Assembly: GCA_002348365.1 (NCBI GenBank)
Contig: DEBC01000089.1
Location: 7,794 to 71,793 of the forward strand
DNA: 64,000 nt
From: Alphaproteobacteria bacterium UBA2966
Lineage (GTDB): Bacteria; Pseudomonadota; Alphaproteobacteria; UBA2966
Direction of reading: 5' to 3'
Shown one piece after another: positions 9,684-19,688 of this stretch. Numbering within the stretch: position 1 is the first letter of the stretch; each line of letters begins with the position of its first letter. The notes under the pieces were generated by a model. That model did not search any database and had not been told where the DNA came from. It saw nothing but the letters and a program-made list of their open reading frames with translations. Made by a program: the position numbers and the translations under genes.

Positions 9684-11215
9684 TGTGCGGCCGCACTCGT
9701 CTCGGTGAGTCCGAGCTTGTCGGCGAGCCCGATGCGCTGCAGCTTTCCGGTGGCACCTTTCGGAATCTCTTCAAGGAATACGATGGTGCGGGGGACCTTG
9801 AAGGCGGCCAGACGTTGGGCCGCAAAATCACGAAGCTCCTTCTCCGTCAGCGAAGATCCATCGCGTAGAACGATGGCGGCTGCGACGTCCTCGCCCAATT
9901 TGTCATGGGGCAGGGCGAAGGTGACGGCTTGAGCCACTGCCTCATGGTCCATCAAAATCTCATCCACTTCGAGCGGCGATATCTTCTCGCCGCCGCGATT
10001 GATGATCTCCTTCAAGCGTCCGGTGATGGTGAGATACCCGTCTTCGTCGAAATAGCCCTGATCGCCCGTCCTGAACCAACCGTCGTCGAATGCGGTGGCA
10101 TTGGCTTCGGGATTGGCCTCATACCCATGCGTGACGTTTGCACCCCTGATAACGACTTCGCCAACGGTACCTTGATCCTGCACGGCGCCCGACTCATCGA
10201 AGATCGCGACTTCGGGCCCTGCCGGAAGCCCCACTGAACCGGGTTTCCGGGCTTGGGGTGGCAACGGGTTGGATGCCATCTGATGTGCGGCCTCTGTCAT
10301 GCCATAGGACTCGATCACGGGGACGCCGAACACTTCCTCCAGCTCTGCCATGACCTGAGACGGCAGGGATGCGCTGGACGATCGGATCAGGCGCAGATCG
10401 GAGTCTTCGATGATCTCGCGGTTGCGTGCTGCGCGGGACAAGATGGCCTGGTGCATCGTCGGCACGGCCGTATACCAGGTCGGTCGAACTTCCTCGAGCC
10501 ATGCGAAGAATCGCAATGCATTGAACCCCGGGGGGCAGTGCACGGACGCGCCAGCCGCGAGGCTCGACAGCACGGCGCCCATCAGGCCGTGAATGTGGAA
10601 AAGCGGCATGACATTGAGGCAACGGTCATCGGCGACCAGCGACAGCGTCGTCGAGATGTTCCGGGCGGATGCGCAGACGTTGGTATGACTCAACGGCACG
10701 ATCTTGGGACGCGACGTCGTGCCCGACGTGTGCAGAACCAGCGCGATGTCATCGGCCTTGGAATCACCATCCTCGGAAGGAGCTGCCGCGGCGTCTCCCA
10801 CCAGTGCGAACGATCCGGCAGTATCCGTCGGCTGGCTGGACAGCTCCAATACAGTGATGCCGAGGCGCTTTGCGACGGCTACGGCTGGCGACTCGTCTCC
10901 ATCGGCAACGATCAAGGCTTTGGCGTTAAGGTCACTAAGGTAAAACTCGAACTCTTCGTCGCGGTACGCGGGATTCAACGGCGCCGTGGTCGCTCCTGCG
11001 GCCACCGACACGAAGGCGCTCGCCATTTCGGGGCCGTTTGGCAGGACAATCGCTATTCGATCGTTTCGGCCAATGCCGAAGTCGCGCAATGTCGCGACGG
11101 TTTGTGCCGCATGTGCCCGCAGTCCGTCATAGGTGGTGGAAATGCGTTCAGGCGCGCCAATGGCGACGGCATTGGCATCGCCGCGCGAGAGGAGATCGAG
11201 GATCGTGTCTGACAT
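9680..11215 (-). CDS. AMP-dependent acyl-CoA synthetase/ligase
   Basis: AMP-binding motif 'LHTSGTTSRPKIVPLSH'. Adenylate-forming core 'YGMTE', 'GEVVIRG', 'WFRTGDQGY', 'GRLKEIINRGGEKISPLEV'. 511 aa. Confidence 0.85.
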   Translation of the reverse strand: MSDTILDLLSRGDANAVAIGAPERISTTYDGLRAHAAQTVATLRDFGIGRNDRIAIVLPNGPEMASAFVSVAAGATTAPLNPAYRDEEFEFYLSDLNAKALIVADGDESPAVAVAKRLGITVLELSSQPTDTAGSFALVGDAAAAPSEDGDSKADDIALVLHTSGTTSRPKIVPLSHTNVCASARNISTTLSLVADDRCLNVMPLFHIHGLMGAVLSSLAAGASVHCPPGFNALRFFAWLEEVRPTWYTAVPTMHQAILSRAARNREIIEDSDLRLIRSSSASLPSQVMAELEEVFGVPVIESYGMTEAAHQMASNPLPPQARKPGSVGLPAGPEVAIFDESGAVQDQGTVGEVVIRGANVTHGYEANPEANATAFDDGWFRTGDQGYFDEDGYLTITGRLKEIINRGGEKISPLEVDEILMDHEAVAQAVTFALPHDKLGEDVAAAIVLRDGSSLTEKELRDFAAQRLAAFKVPRTIVFLEEIPKGATGKLQRIGLADKLGLTETSAAAQ

Positions 11216-11884
11216 GTTCGCCGAAACTGAGTGAGGGTCGCCTCTGAAAGTGCCAAATACCCCTGGAGCGTCTGACGATCAGAGGGCTGGCGTGATTCCA
11301 CTCGATCACGCCGTCACAGGCAAGTCTTTAGGGAATCAGAAGGCGCAGACTAAGTTTTGACCGTGAGGGGCAGGAACCGGATTTCGGAATCGGTCGCCCG
11401 CTGTTCTGTTGCCTGGTATGCCGCGACGGCCTCCTCCGCCATTCCGGGCCCTTTGCGCTCGTCCTGCGGCATCGTCTGTTGGGCTATAAATTGGGTCAGT
11501 AAGGGACTCGAGTAGGTCGCGAAGCCACTAAAATTTCCCGCATTGGTCGGGTGGTGCGGCCGGTCCTTCGCAGGATGGAAGTCTCGACCGGCGCGATCCG
11601 CTGCCCGTCTGCCGGAGTAGCCCTCGGCACGACGGTCCTAGCTCCTTATCTGTTCGTTGCTCTGGTAATCATGGAATGCGGGGCGGGCACGTCCATGATG
11701 GGCCTCCCCGCGTAGTCGAAGGTTGCCGGACTCATAGAAGCTCGGTCGCTCGCTGGGGGCGTGGACCGATGGTTGTACGATTGCTAGGGACGTTGCGGCT
11801 GTCACGTCGGCCGTCTTCTGCCCTTTAAAAACCTGCCCAAATAACTGGCGAGCATTCTATTCTCGAGAAGTTACTTAAAATTAA

Positions 11885-11898
11885 AGATAATTTTATCT
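11885..11898. promoter_or_regulatory. AT-rich promoter region with perfect 14-bp palindrome AGATAATTTTATCT
   Basis: Seen directly: 'aaagataattttatctcg' lies in the only AT-rich island (11860-11940) upstream of the EamA transporter gene. Confidence 0.3.
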
Positions 11899-12186
11899 CG
11901 AATTATGTTAGCATTTGATTCACCATATCATTCTGACGGGTGGGCGAGCCCGGAAACCCAGGGTTTTCGCGGGTTTGTCTATATACGTCGGGCGTCGGAA
12001 AAGTATCCTCGAGAGCCCTGGATTATCGGAAATTCCGCGAAAAATGATGATTCACGGGTTGGAAGTTGGTCTGACTTCGTGCCCGGCAGGGTATCCGATG
12101 CCCCGGGACCCTGCCGGGCACGGTTGTGTCCAGAGTATGCCAGCCCCTATGACAGGTTGATGAAGCCCCAGGTTTGAGGATTCTGC

Positions 12187-13134
12187 GTGGGAAACGGACG
12201 GACACAGCCGACTTTGATCGGGACAATTGCGATAGTGATGTGGGCGGCGCTTGCAGTGCTCACGGCACAAACCGGCCGAGTTCCGCCGTTCCTGCTGGTC
12301 GCTTTATCCTTCACGTTGGCGTTCGCCATCGGAGTCGTGTTTTGGCTCACGGAAGCGGGGCAGGAAGACGGGCAAAACATGGTCGCCCGCGTCGCCTCCC
12401 ACTTCAAGCTGCCGCTCGGGGTTTGGATACTCGGAGTGGGCGGGTTGTTCGGCTATCACTTCTTTTACTTCGTGGCTCTGCGAAACGCGCCACCGGTGGA
12501 AGCCAGCCTGATCGCATATCTGTGGCCGCTCTTGATCGTTGTCTTTTCGGGATTTCTACCAGGTGAGCGACTGCGTTGGTGGCACCTTGCCGGAACGGCC
12601 GCAGGATTGCTGGGCACGGCCGTTCTCATCACCGGCGGCGAAGTCTCGTTCAAAAGTGAATTTGCGGTGGGATATGCGGCTGCGGCGGTCTGCGCTCTGA
12701 CGTGGTCTGGCTACTCCGTGCTTTCGCGTGCCGTGCGGCATGTCCCTAGCAGCGCGGTCGGGGCCTTTTGCGGCGTAACCGCCGTCCTCAGCTACGGCGC
12801 GCATCTTGCCCTGGAATCGACAATCTGGCCGGCAAGTGTTGGAGAATGGCTGGCGGTCGCTGGGCTGGGCTTGGGCCCTGTGGGGGCGGCGTTCTATCTA
12901 TGGGATCACGGCGTCAAGCACGGGGATATCCGAATTCTTGGGGCATCCTCATATGGAGCGCCTTTGCTCTCGACATTGATACTGATTGCCGTCGGTTTAG
13001 CTGATGCCACATGGCAGGTTGGCATCGCCTGCCTGTTGATTACGGGCGGGGCAGTATTGGCGGCACGAGAGATGATCGAGCTCCGCCGTTCAAAAGAGCC
13101 GTCATCGCGTGACGGCCCACCGCGCGCGGGTTAG
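12187..13134 (+). CDS. DMT superfamily (EamA-like) transporter
   Basis: About 10 TM helices. Two EamA-like halves with Gly-rich helices. Start may lie downstream of 12187. Confidence 0.65.
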   Translation: MGNGRTQPTLIGTIAIVMWAALAVLTAQTGRVPPFLLVALSFTLAFAIGVVFWLTEAGQEDGQNMVARVASHFKLPLGVWILGVGGLFGYHFFYFVALRNAPPVEASLIAYLWPLLIVVFSGFLPGERLRWWHLAGTAAGLLGTAVLITGGEVSFKSEFAVGYAAAAVCALTWSGYSVLSRAVRHVPSSAVGAFCGVTAVLSYGAHLALESTIWPASVGEWLAVAGLGLGPVGAAFYLWDHGVKHGDIRILGASSYGAPLLSTLILIAVGLADATWQVGIACLLITGGAVLAAREMIELRRSKEPSSRDGPPRAG

Positions 13135-13166
13135 AGTGCCGCCAAACCTTTCGGGAGGAGCAACCG

Positions 13167-13958
13167 ATGATCGTCGAGCAAGTGTGGACGGCCAACAATT
13201 TTCGTAACTTCAATTACCTGATTGTCTGTCCCGAGACAGGAGAGGCATTGGCCATCGACCCTCTGGATCACGAGAAGTGTCTGGCGGCCGCTGAGTCCAA
13301 CGGTTGGCAAATCACCCTGGTCCTGAACACACACGAACACCACGATCACATCGGTGGAAATCAGGCCGTGATCGAAGCAACGGGTGCCAAGCTGCTCGCC
13401 CACAAGAACGCCAAGGAGAAAATCCCCGATATGGATGTCGGACTCGGTGCGGGCGACGTGGTGAAAGTCGGTCGGACGGTCGAGCTCGAGTCATTGGATA
13501 CGCCCGGCCACACCATGAGCCACGTCTGCCTCCTGTCGCGTACAGATCAGCCGGCACTGTTCTGCGGCGACACGCTGTTCAACGCGGGTGCGGGAAACTG
13601 CCACAACGGCGGCCACCCGGCCGAGCTTTACGACACGTTCGTCCGGCAACTGGCATCTCTGCCCGACAACACATTGATTTATCCGGGCCACGATTACATC
13701 GCCAACAATCTGGAGTTCACCCTGGACCGAGAGCCTGACAATCCCCGTGCACCGGAACTCCTGAAACAGGTCGGCGATCAGGATCCCAATGATGCACTGG
13801 TCTCCACGCTGGGGCTGGAGAAAGAGATCAACACGTTCTTCCGTCTCCACAACCCGACCGTCATCGCAAAATTGCGTGCAGCCTTTCCGGATCTGCCGGA
13901 TGAGCCAGACGAAAAAACTGTCTTCCTCAAACTGCGCGAGCTCCGCAACAGCTGGTAA
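13167..13958 (+). CDS. gloB: hydroxyacylglutathione hydrolase (glyoxalase II), MBL fold
   Basis: 'LNTHEHHDHIGGN' THxHxDH metal motif. 'DTPGHTMSHVCLL'. Length ~260 aa as in GloB. Confidence 0.75.
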   Translation: MIVEQVWTANNFRNFNYLIVCPETGEALAIDPLDHEKCLAAAESNGWQITLVLNTHEHHDHIGGNQAVIEATGAKLLAHKNAKEKIPDMDVGLGAGDVVKVGRTVELESLDTPGHTMSHVCLLSRTDQPALFCGDTLFNAGAGNCHNGGHPAELYDTFVRQLASLPDNTLIYPGHDYIANNLEFTLDREPDNPRAPELLKQVGDQDPNDALVSTLGLEKEINTFFRLHNPTVIAKLRAAFPDLPDEPDEKTVFLKLRELRNSW

Positions 13959-13970
13959 GCAGAGCGGCTA

Positions 13971-14570
13971 TCATTCGCGAGGCGTGGTGTCCTGCAGCGA
14001 GGGACGCGCGGCTATCTCCTGATACCAGGATGCCAGTCGGGGGTGGTCTTCCCGCCAGTCGAAGTCGGGCAGCCGGAAATCGAGGTAGCCCAGGCTGATC
14101 CCGGTGGTCAGCAACCCGATATCTATCCCGGTGTAGGTATCCGCCGCAGCCTCCATCGCGTCGACGGCTCGTTCGACAATGCCCAACTGGCGTTCCATCC
14201 ACCATGCCGATTGCTCGCCAGCATCACGCATCAGCTCACGCCGCCTCAGGATGGCCGCATCCATCAAGCCATCCGCCAGCGCCATGCGGGTCAGCGCCTG
14301 CCAGCGCAATGGGCCTTCAGGCGCAAACAGGCGTGGTGGCTCGCGCAGCGAGTCGAGGTATTCGCATATAACGGGGCTATCGAACAGCACGCTGCCGTCT
14401 GGGAGTGTCAGCGCCGGGATCTTGCCGATGGGGTTCTGAGTGGCGATGTCCGTGGCGGGGTCCCACGGATTTGTCGTCTCAAGTTCGAGATCACCAGCAA
14501 CACCGGCCTCGATGGCCGTAGCCATGCATTTGCGGACAAACGGGGAGGTCGTGGAATAACGGAGTTTCAC
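13971..14570 (-). CDS. glutathione S-transferase
   Basis: N-terminal thioredoxin-like GST domain ('SPFVRKCMATAIEAG...IGKIPAL...DSPVICEYL'), about 200 aa. Confidence 0.75.
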   Translation of the reverse strand: MKLRYSTTSPFVRKCMATAIEAGVAGDLELETTNPWDPATDIATQNPIGKIPALTLPDGSVLFDSPVICEYLDSLREPPRLFAPEGPLRWQALTRMALADGLMDAAILRRRELMRDAGEQSAWWMERQLGIVERAVDAMEAAADTYTGIDIGLLTTGISLGYLDFRLPDFDWREDHPRLASWYQEIAARPSLQDTTPRE

Positions 14571-14832
14571 GGAACCGGGACCGGATTAGTACTTGTCACG
14601 GCGTTTTCTCAGGCGACCGAATGCCTTCGAAGCCGGCGCGTCGCCATCCAGTTTCACGGCGCGCTGAATCTCAGGCTCGTCAGCCCGCAGAACCGGAACC
14701 TGTTCGATTTCCAGATTTCCCATACTCACGGCGTATTCCCCCGACAGCCGACGCGAGATTGACGTTGCGGTTCCCCGGATTGCGCCCACCCGCAATACTT
14801 GAGTCGTGATTAAAACTCAACTGTCGCGTGTT

Positions 14833-14854
14833 GTCGTGTGACCATGGTCACACG
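14833..14854. promoter_or_regulatory. Perfect 22-bp palindrome TCGTGTGACCATGGTCACACGA (CRP/FNR-type TGTGA-N6-TCACA operator candidate)
   Basis: Seen directly in the divergent intergenic region between the GST gene (-) and the methyltransferase gene (+). Half-sites match the CRP consensus TGTGA/TCACA with a 6-bp spacer. Confidence 0.5.
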
Positions 14855-14913
14855 ATGTTCATTCATTATGCACGTCCGTCCGCGGCAAGTCTCTATGCTA
14901 GCATCCGGTTATC

Positions 14914-15675
14914 ATGCGGCCTGATATCGTCGATTTGGATCAGTTCTACACCACTCGCCTCGGCCAGGTGAGCCGGAGACTGATTCGCCGGCGCCTGCAG
15001 GAAATTTGGCCGGATGTCAGCGGGCAACGTGTGCTCGGGATGGGATACGCAACTCCTTATCTCAGAACATTTCGGGACAAGGCTGATCGGGTGCTGGCGG
15101 CGATGCCCGCCGGTCAGGGAGTCATACACTGGCCAAAAGGGGAGCCCGGACTCGTGACGCTGTCCGAGGAATCCGAGATTCCGCTTCCCGACAGTTCGAT
15201 GGACCGGATATTGCTGGTTCACTGCCTCGAGAACGCCGAGCAGGTGCGACCGATGCTGCGAGAGATATGGCGCGTGATGACGTCGGGCGGAAGGCTCATC
15301 GTGGTGGTACCGAATCGCCGGGGCCTGTGGGCACGCATCGAACGCACTCCTTTTGGATATGGTCAGCCGTTTTCGCCACCACAGTTAAACAGATTGTTGC
15401 GGGAAACCATGTTCTCGCCCACGACGACATCGGCGGCGGTCTCAATCCCGCCTGTGACGTGGCGCCCGCTTCTGCGCATGGCGCCTGCGATCGAGCGCGT
15501 GGGACGGCAGTGGGGCCGGGCGGTCGCGGGTGTATTGATCGTCGAGGCGGGGAAACAGATCTACGCGGTAACCGCCGACCGCGCCCAGAGGGTGCGGACC
15601 CGACGAATGGTGGCTCCTGCGACCAACAACGTATCTCCACGAAACGTGAGGTGCGTCACTTGGCAGAGGGTTTGA
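14914..15675 (+). CDS. class I SAM-dependent methyltransferase
   Basis: 'RVLGMGYATPYL' motif I-like and 'MDRILLVHCLE' motif II-like (Methyltransf_11 type). About 250 aa. Confidence 0.6.
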   Translation: MRPDIVDLDQFYTTRLGQVSRRLIRRRLQEIWPDVSGQRVLGMGYATPYLRTFRDKADRVLAAMPAGQGVIHWPKGEPGLVTLSEESEIPLPDSSMDRILLVHCLENAEQVRPMLREIWRVMTSGGRLIVVVPNRRGLWARIERTPFGYGQPFSPPQLNRLLRETMFSPTTTSAAVSIPPVTWRPLLRMAPAIERVGRQWGRAVAGVLIVEAGKQIYAVTADRAQRVRTRRMVAPATNNVSPRNVRCVTWQRV

Positions 15676-15687
15676 AAGTAATTCCCG

Positions 15688-16350
15688 TCAGCCGGTGCCC
15701 GGGCGGCTGAGCAGGAAAACGCCCTGCTCGCTGAGAAGGTTCGCGAAGGGACCGTCACCCACGAAATTCATGCGATTCCCCAATCTGTCTGCTGAGATAT
15801 GGCGCTCGATGCGAATGCTAAGGGCGGCACACAGTTCGATGAAATCCTTAATCGTACAGAAGTGGGAGTTGGGCGTGTCATGCCATTGCTGGGTCAGCGC
15901 TTTGGTGACGGGCATGCGACCCGTCACGGCGAGTTGCCATCGCACACTCCAGTGACCGAAATTGGGAATCGAGATCACCGCGCGGCGTCCAATTCGCAAG
16001 AGTTCAGCGAGGACGTCCCCGGGCCGCCGGACCTGCTGCAGCGTCTGACTGAGGACGGCATAGTCAAATGATGCCGTAGGATAGTTCACCAGGTCTGTAT
16101 CGGCGTCTCCCTGAACGACGGACAATCCCTGGGCGACACACGCATTGACGCCCGCCTGGCTGAGTTCGATTCCCCGACCATCGACGTTCTTGGTTCTTGC
16201 GAGATGATGCAGGAGCGCACCGTTGCCGCACCCGACGTCCAGCACACGCGAACCCGTGTCAATCATGTCGGCGATCAGCAGAAGGTCGACCCGGATGTTG
16301 CTCCCGGGATCAGATGTCGGGCCGGAACTCACTGGGTTGTGCCGCTCCAA
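15688..16350 (-). CDS. metW: methionine biosynthesis protein MetW
   Basis: '[15 protein letters not shown]' SAM-binding motif. Lies immediately downstream of metX as in the canonical metXW operon. About 200 aa. Confidence 0.8.
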   Translation of the reverse strand: MERHNPVSSGPTSDPGSNIRVDLLLIADMIDTGSRVLDVGCGNGALLHHLARTKNVDGRGIELSQAGVNACVAQGLSVVQGDADTDLVNYPTASFDYAVLSQTLQQVRRPGDVLAELLRIGRRAVISIPNFGHWSVRWQLAVTGRMPVTKALTQQWHDTPNSHFCTIKDFIELCAALSIRIERHISADRLGNRMNFVGDGPFANLLSEQGVFLLSRPGTG

Positions 16351-17504
16351 TGTTCCGCGGCGCCCCTCAGGAATCCCCGTATTGTCTCGAACATCTCGGG
16401 TTCATCGAGCAGAAAGGCATCGTGTCCTTTGTCGCTCTCGATTTCGACAAAGCTCACGTTCGCTGCGGCGGCATTCAATGCGTGAACGATGGTGCGGTTC
16501 TCGGAAGTGGGAAACAGCCAGTCTCCTGTAAAGGAGATAATGCAGAACCTGGTCGGGCTCCCCTGAAAGGCGTCTGCCAGTACGCCACGGTACTCGGCGA
16601 TGAGGTCGAAGTAGTCCATGGCTCGCGTGAGATACAAATATGAGTTCGCATCGAAACGCTCGACAAAGACTTCTCCCTGATGCCGCAGATAGCTCTCAAC
16701 CTGGAAATCGGCGCCGAAGCCGTAGGACAAAGTCTCCCGATCCTGAAGCTGACGTCCAAATTTTCGATGCATCGCCGCTTCTGACAGATAACTGATGTGG
16801 GCTGCCATTCGAGCAACCGAAAGGCCGGCGCGTGGGATCGCGTTGTGCGAAAGATAATCACCACCATGCCAATCGGTGTCACCCATGATTGCTAGGCGTC
16901 CCACCTCGTGCAGGGCGATGTTCTGGGCCGTGTGATGTGCCGCGCTGCCGATCGGGATGGCGGCGTGGACGCGCTCGGGATAGGTCACCGTCCACTGCAA
17001 TGCCTGCATGCCACCCATCGATCCGCCGGAAACGCAGAAAATCTTATCGATGCCGAGATGGTCGAGCAGCATCGCTTGAGCCCGAACCATGTCCTTGATG
17101 GTGATGACGGGAAACGAAAGTCCGTATGGCCTTCCCGTTTTAGGGTCGTCGGACCTGGGTCCTGTCGTACCCATGCAACCGCCGAGTACGTTTGCGCATA
17201 CCACGAAGTAGCGATCCGTATCGAAAGGGAGTCCGGGGCCCACCATAAGCGGCCACCAGCCGTCTCTTCCCGTAACGGGATTGATACCGGTGACAAACTG
17301 ATCACCCGTCAGGGCGTGGCAAACGAGAATCACATTGGACTTCTCGTCGTTCAGCTGCCCGTAGGTCTCGTATGCAATGGTGAAGGGGCCCAGTTCCGTG
17401 CCGCTATCGAGCGTGAGAGGCGTCTCGGTGCCGAGCACAACCGTCCGTCCGGCCCGCTCTTCGGGACCGGTGACAACTTCTTCGTGACGCTGAGTGCTAT
17501 TCAT
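16329..17504 (-). CDS. metX: homoserine O-acetyltransferase
   Basis: Alpha/beta hydrolase with '[12 protein letters not shown]' nucleophile elbow. 391 aa. Followed by metW. Confidence 0.85.
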   Translation of the reverse strand: MNSTQRHEEVVTGPEERAGRTVVLGTETPLTLDSGTELGPFTIAYETYGQLNDEKSNVILVCHALTGDQFVTGINPVTGRDGWWPLMVGPGLPFDTDRYFVVCANVLGGCMGTTGPRSDDPKTGRPYGLSFPVITIKDMVRAQAMLLDHLGIDKIFCVSGGSMGGMQALQWTVTYPERVHAAIPIGSAAHHTAQNIALHEVGRLAIMGDTDWHGGDYLSHNAIPRAGLSVARMAAHISYLSEAAMHRKFGRQLQDRETLSYGFGADFQVESYLRHQGEVFVERFDANSYLYLTRAMDYFDLIAEYRGVLADAFQGSPTRFCIISFTGDWLFPTSENRTIVHALNAAAANVSFVEIESDKGHDAFLLDEPEMFETIRGFLRGAAEHWSGTTQ

Positions 17505-17653
17505 CGCTCAACGGAGAACCGCCCACAAAACGCTCAGGGAAGGAAAGCATAGCTATGGACAAGTCTCCGTAATGTCAACGTTTTCTTTGATTTTATGGCA
17601 CCTCAGGACTACTACTATCCTACTCTTTTGGTGCGTAACCATCACAGATCGAT

Positions 17654-18553
17654 ATGGATAAAGAACCGGACACCCTCGGTTCCCTGCGGCGGGAAATCGA
17701 CAAGATCGATACGGCGATCCACGATCTCCTTATGCGCCGATCGGAGGTGGTGGGGCGCATTGATGCCGTCAAGAAACGTGGCAGTGCGCTGCCGACCGGT
17801 ATGCGGCCCGGGCGTGAGGCCAAGGTGATACGTCGATTGATTACGCGCCACCGGGGTGCGCTGCCCGCGGTTGTGGTCGCCCGTTTGTGGCGAGAGCTGA
17901 TTTCGGCATTCACGCGGCTGCAGGGGCCTTTGACGGCTGCTGTCTGTGCGCCGGAGATGTCGGTTGGGTATTGGGACCTAGCACGTGCACATTTCGGTTC
18001 GACAACCCCGATGGCGCTGCATCGTTCGCCCTTCGTCGTGTTGCGCGAAGTGGCGCGGGGCGAGGCGACGGTGGGCGTTTTGCCTATGCCCGAATCCGAT
18101 GACGTGGATCCATGGTGGCCATTGTTGGCAGCAGAGACGGAGAACAAGCTCAAGATCATCTCGCGGCTGCCATTCGTCGAGGACGAGAGTTCCCGCTTTG
18201 AGGATCTTTCGGCAATGGTGGTTTCGCAAATGCCTCAAGACAACACCGATGACGACAGGTCTCTCATCGTTATTGCGGCAAACGCCCGAATCAGTCGCGC
18301 CAGCATCAACGAACTGCTGCAGAGCGTGGCACTCAGCGGGCGCAGTGTCACGGCGCTTGATCGGCGCGAAGATCGACCCGAATGGTTGCATCTGGTGGAA
18401 GTCGAGGAGTATCTCGCTGACAACGATCCCAAAATCGAGTCTCTTATCAAGGGTGGCCGAGGACGCATCCGCAGGGTTGTGGTCATCGGAGGCTTTGCCA
18501 ATCCGATCCGGACAGCCGGCGGCATTCAGCCCACGGCTTCCGCAGCTGAATAG
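17654..18553 (+). CDS. chorismate mutase (AroQ-type domain-containing protein)
   Basis: N-terminal 'LRREIDKIDTAIHDLLMRRSEVVGRIDAVK' AroQ helix signature. Position upstream of hisC-tyrC as in alphaproteobacteria. Confidence 0.7.
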   Translation: MDKEPDTLGSLRREIDKIDTAIHDLLMRRSEVVGRIDAVKKRGSALPTGMRPGREAKVIRRLITRHRGALPAVVVARLWRELISAFTRLQGPLTAAVCAPEMSVGYWDLARAHFGSTTPMALHRSPFVVLREVARGEATVGVLPMPESDDVDPWWPLLAAETENKLKIISRLPFVEDESSRFEDLSAMVVSQMPQDNTDDDRSLIVIAANARISRASINELLQSVALSGRSVTALDRREDRPEWLHLVEVEEYLADNDPKIESLIKGGRGRIRRVVVIGGFANPIRTAGGIQPTASAAE

Positions 18554-18583
18554 AAAATCGAGCTTCTTTCCGACAGGTTAAAT

Positions 18584-19684
18584 GTGATGAGTGGTCCCAT
18601 CCCACGCGCGGGAGTCCTGGAGATTCCCATGTATGTTCCTGGACGGTCACGGGTTGATGGCCACGACCGGGTTATCAAACTTTCATCCAACGAGTCCGCC
18701 CTGGGTTCCAGCGAGCATGCAGTCGCGGCTTACCGGGAACTGGCGGATCAATTGCACCGTTATCCGGATGGTGGGGCGGTCGAGCTTCGCGAGGCCATCG
18801 CCCGCGTACACCGCGACGGAGGAAATCGGCTCGACGCGGACAACATCGTCTGTGGCGAAGGGTCGGATGAAATCATTCACCTTCTTGCCGCGGCCTACGC
18901 CGGCAGCGGCGATGAGATCCTGCATACGGCTCATGGCTTCGTCATGTACCGGCTGGCGGCGCAGGGCGTCGGTGCCGAACCGGTATCCGTGCCGGAACGT
19001 GACTGGACGCCTGACGTGGATGCCCTGCTTGCAAGGGTCGGGGACCGCACCCGGGTTGTTTTCGTCTCTAATCCCAACCCCACCGGGACCTATCTTCCGC
19101 ACAACGAACTCGCACGGCTGCACGCCGGAATTCCTGAAAACGTGTTGCTGGTGATCGATGCGGCCTATGCGGAGTATGTCACGCGGGAGGACTATGCTTC
19201 GGGGGTCGAACTCGTGGGAGCTGCAGACAATGTCGTGATGACACGAACATTCTCAAAAGCTTACGGCCTCGCCGGGTTGCGGTTGGGATGGTGTTACGGT
19301 CCGGCCGATGTCATCGGTGTTCTCAATCGATTGCGCGGTCCGTTCAATGTGACGGCGCCGGCTCAGGCGGCGGGTGTGGCTGCGGTAGAAGATACCGCAT
19401 TCATCGAACGGGCCAGGCAGCACAATACGACTTGGATTGGTTGGCTCCAGAATGAGCTTGAACAGCTGGGTCTCCAGCATATTCCCAGCGTGACAAACTT
19501 TGTCTGCGTTGAGTTTCGTGACCAGAAGAAAACGGCCGCCGCTGCCATTGATCACATGATGGGTGACGGCATTCTAGTACGGGATATGAACGCATACGGT
19601 TTACCGGATCACGTTCGGATCACCATTGGTCTCGAAGATGAGACGCGTGCGGTTGTCGAGTCGCTTGAACGTTTCCTCGGGTGA
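18584..19684 (+). CDS. hisC: histidinol-phosphate aminotransferase
   Basis: Class II aminotransferase. 'KLSSNES' and 'TFSKAYGLAGLRLGW' PLP-Lys region. 366 aa. Confidence 0.85.
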   Translation: MMSGPIPRAGVLEIPMYVPGRSRVDGHDRVIKLSSNESALGSSEHAVAAYRELADQLHRYPDGGAVELREAIARVHRDGGNRLDADNIVCGEGSDEIIHLLAAAYAGSGDEILHTAHGFVMYRLAAQGVGAEPVSVPERDWTPDVDALLARVGDRTRVVFVSNPNPTGTYLPHNELARLHAGIPENVLLVIDAAYAEYVTREDYASGVELVGAADNVVMTRTFSKAYGLAGLRLGWCYGPADVIGVLNRLRGPFNVTAPAQAAGVAAVEDTAFIERARQHNTTWIGWLQNELEQLGLQHIPSVTNFVCVEFRDQKKTAAAAIDHMMGDGILVRDMNAYGLPDHVRITIGLEDETRAVVESLERFLG

Positions 19685-19688
19685 CGCA

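Noticed and set aside
10253-11212. 319-aa ORF on the + strand
   Set aside because: Antisense to the acyl-CoA synthetase. Cys/Arg/Gly-rich composition typical of GC-rich shadow frames.
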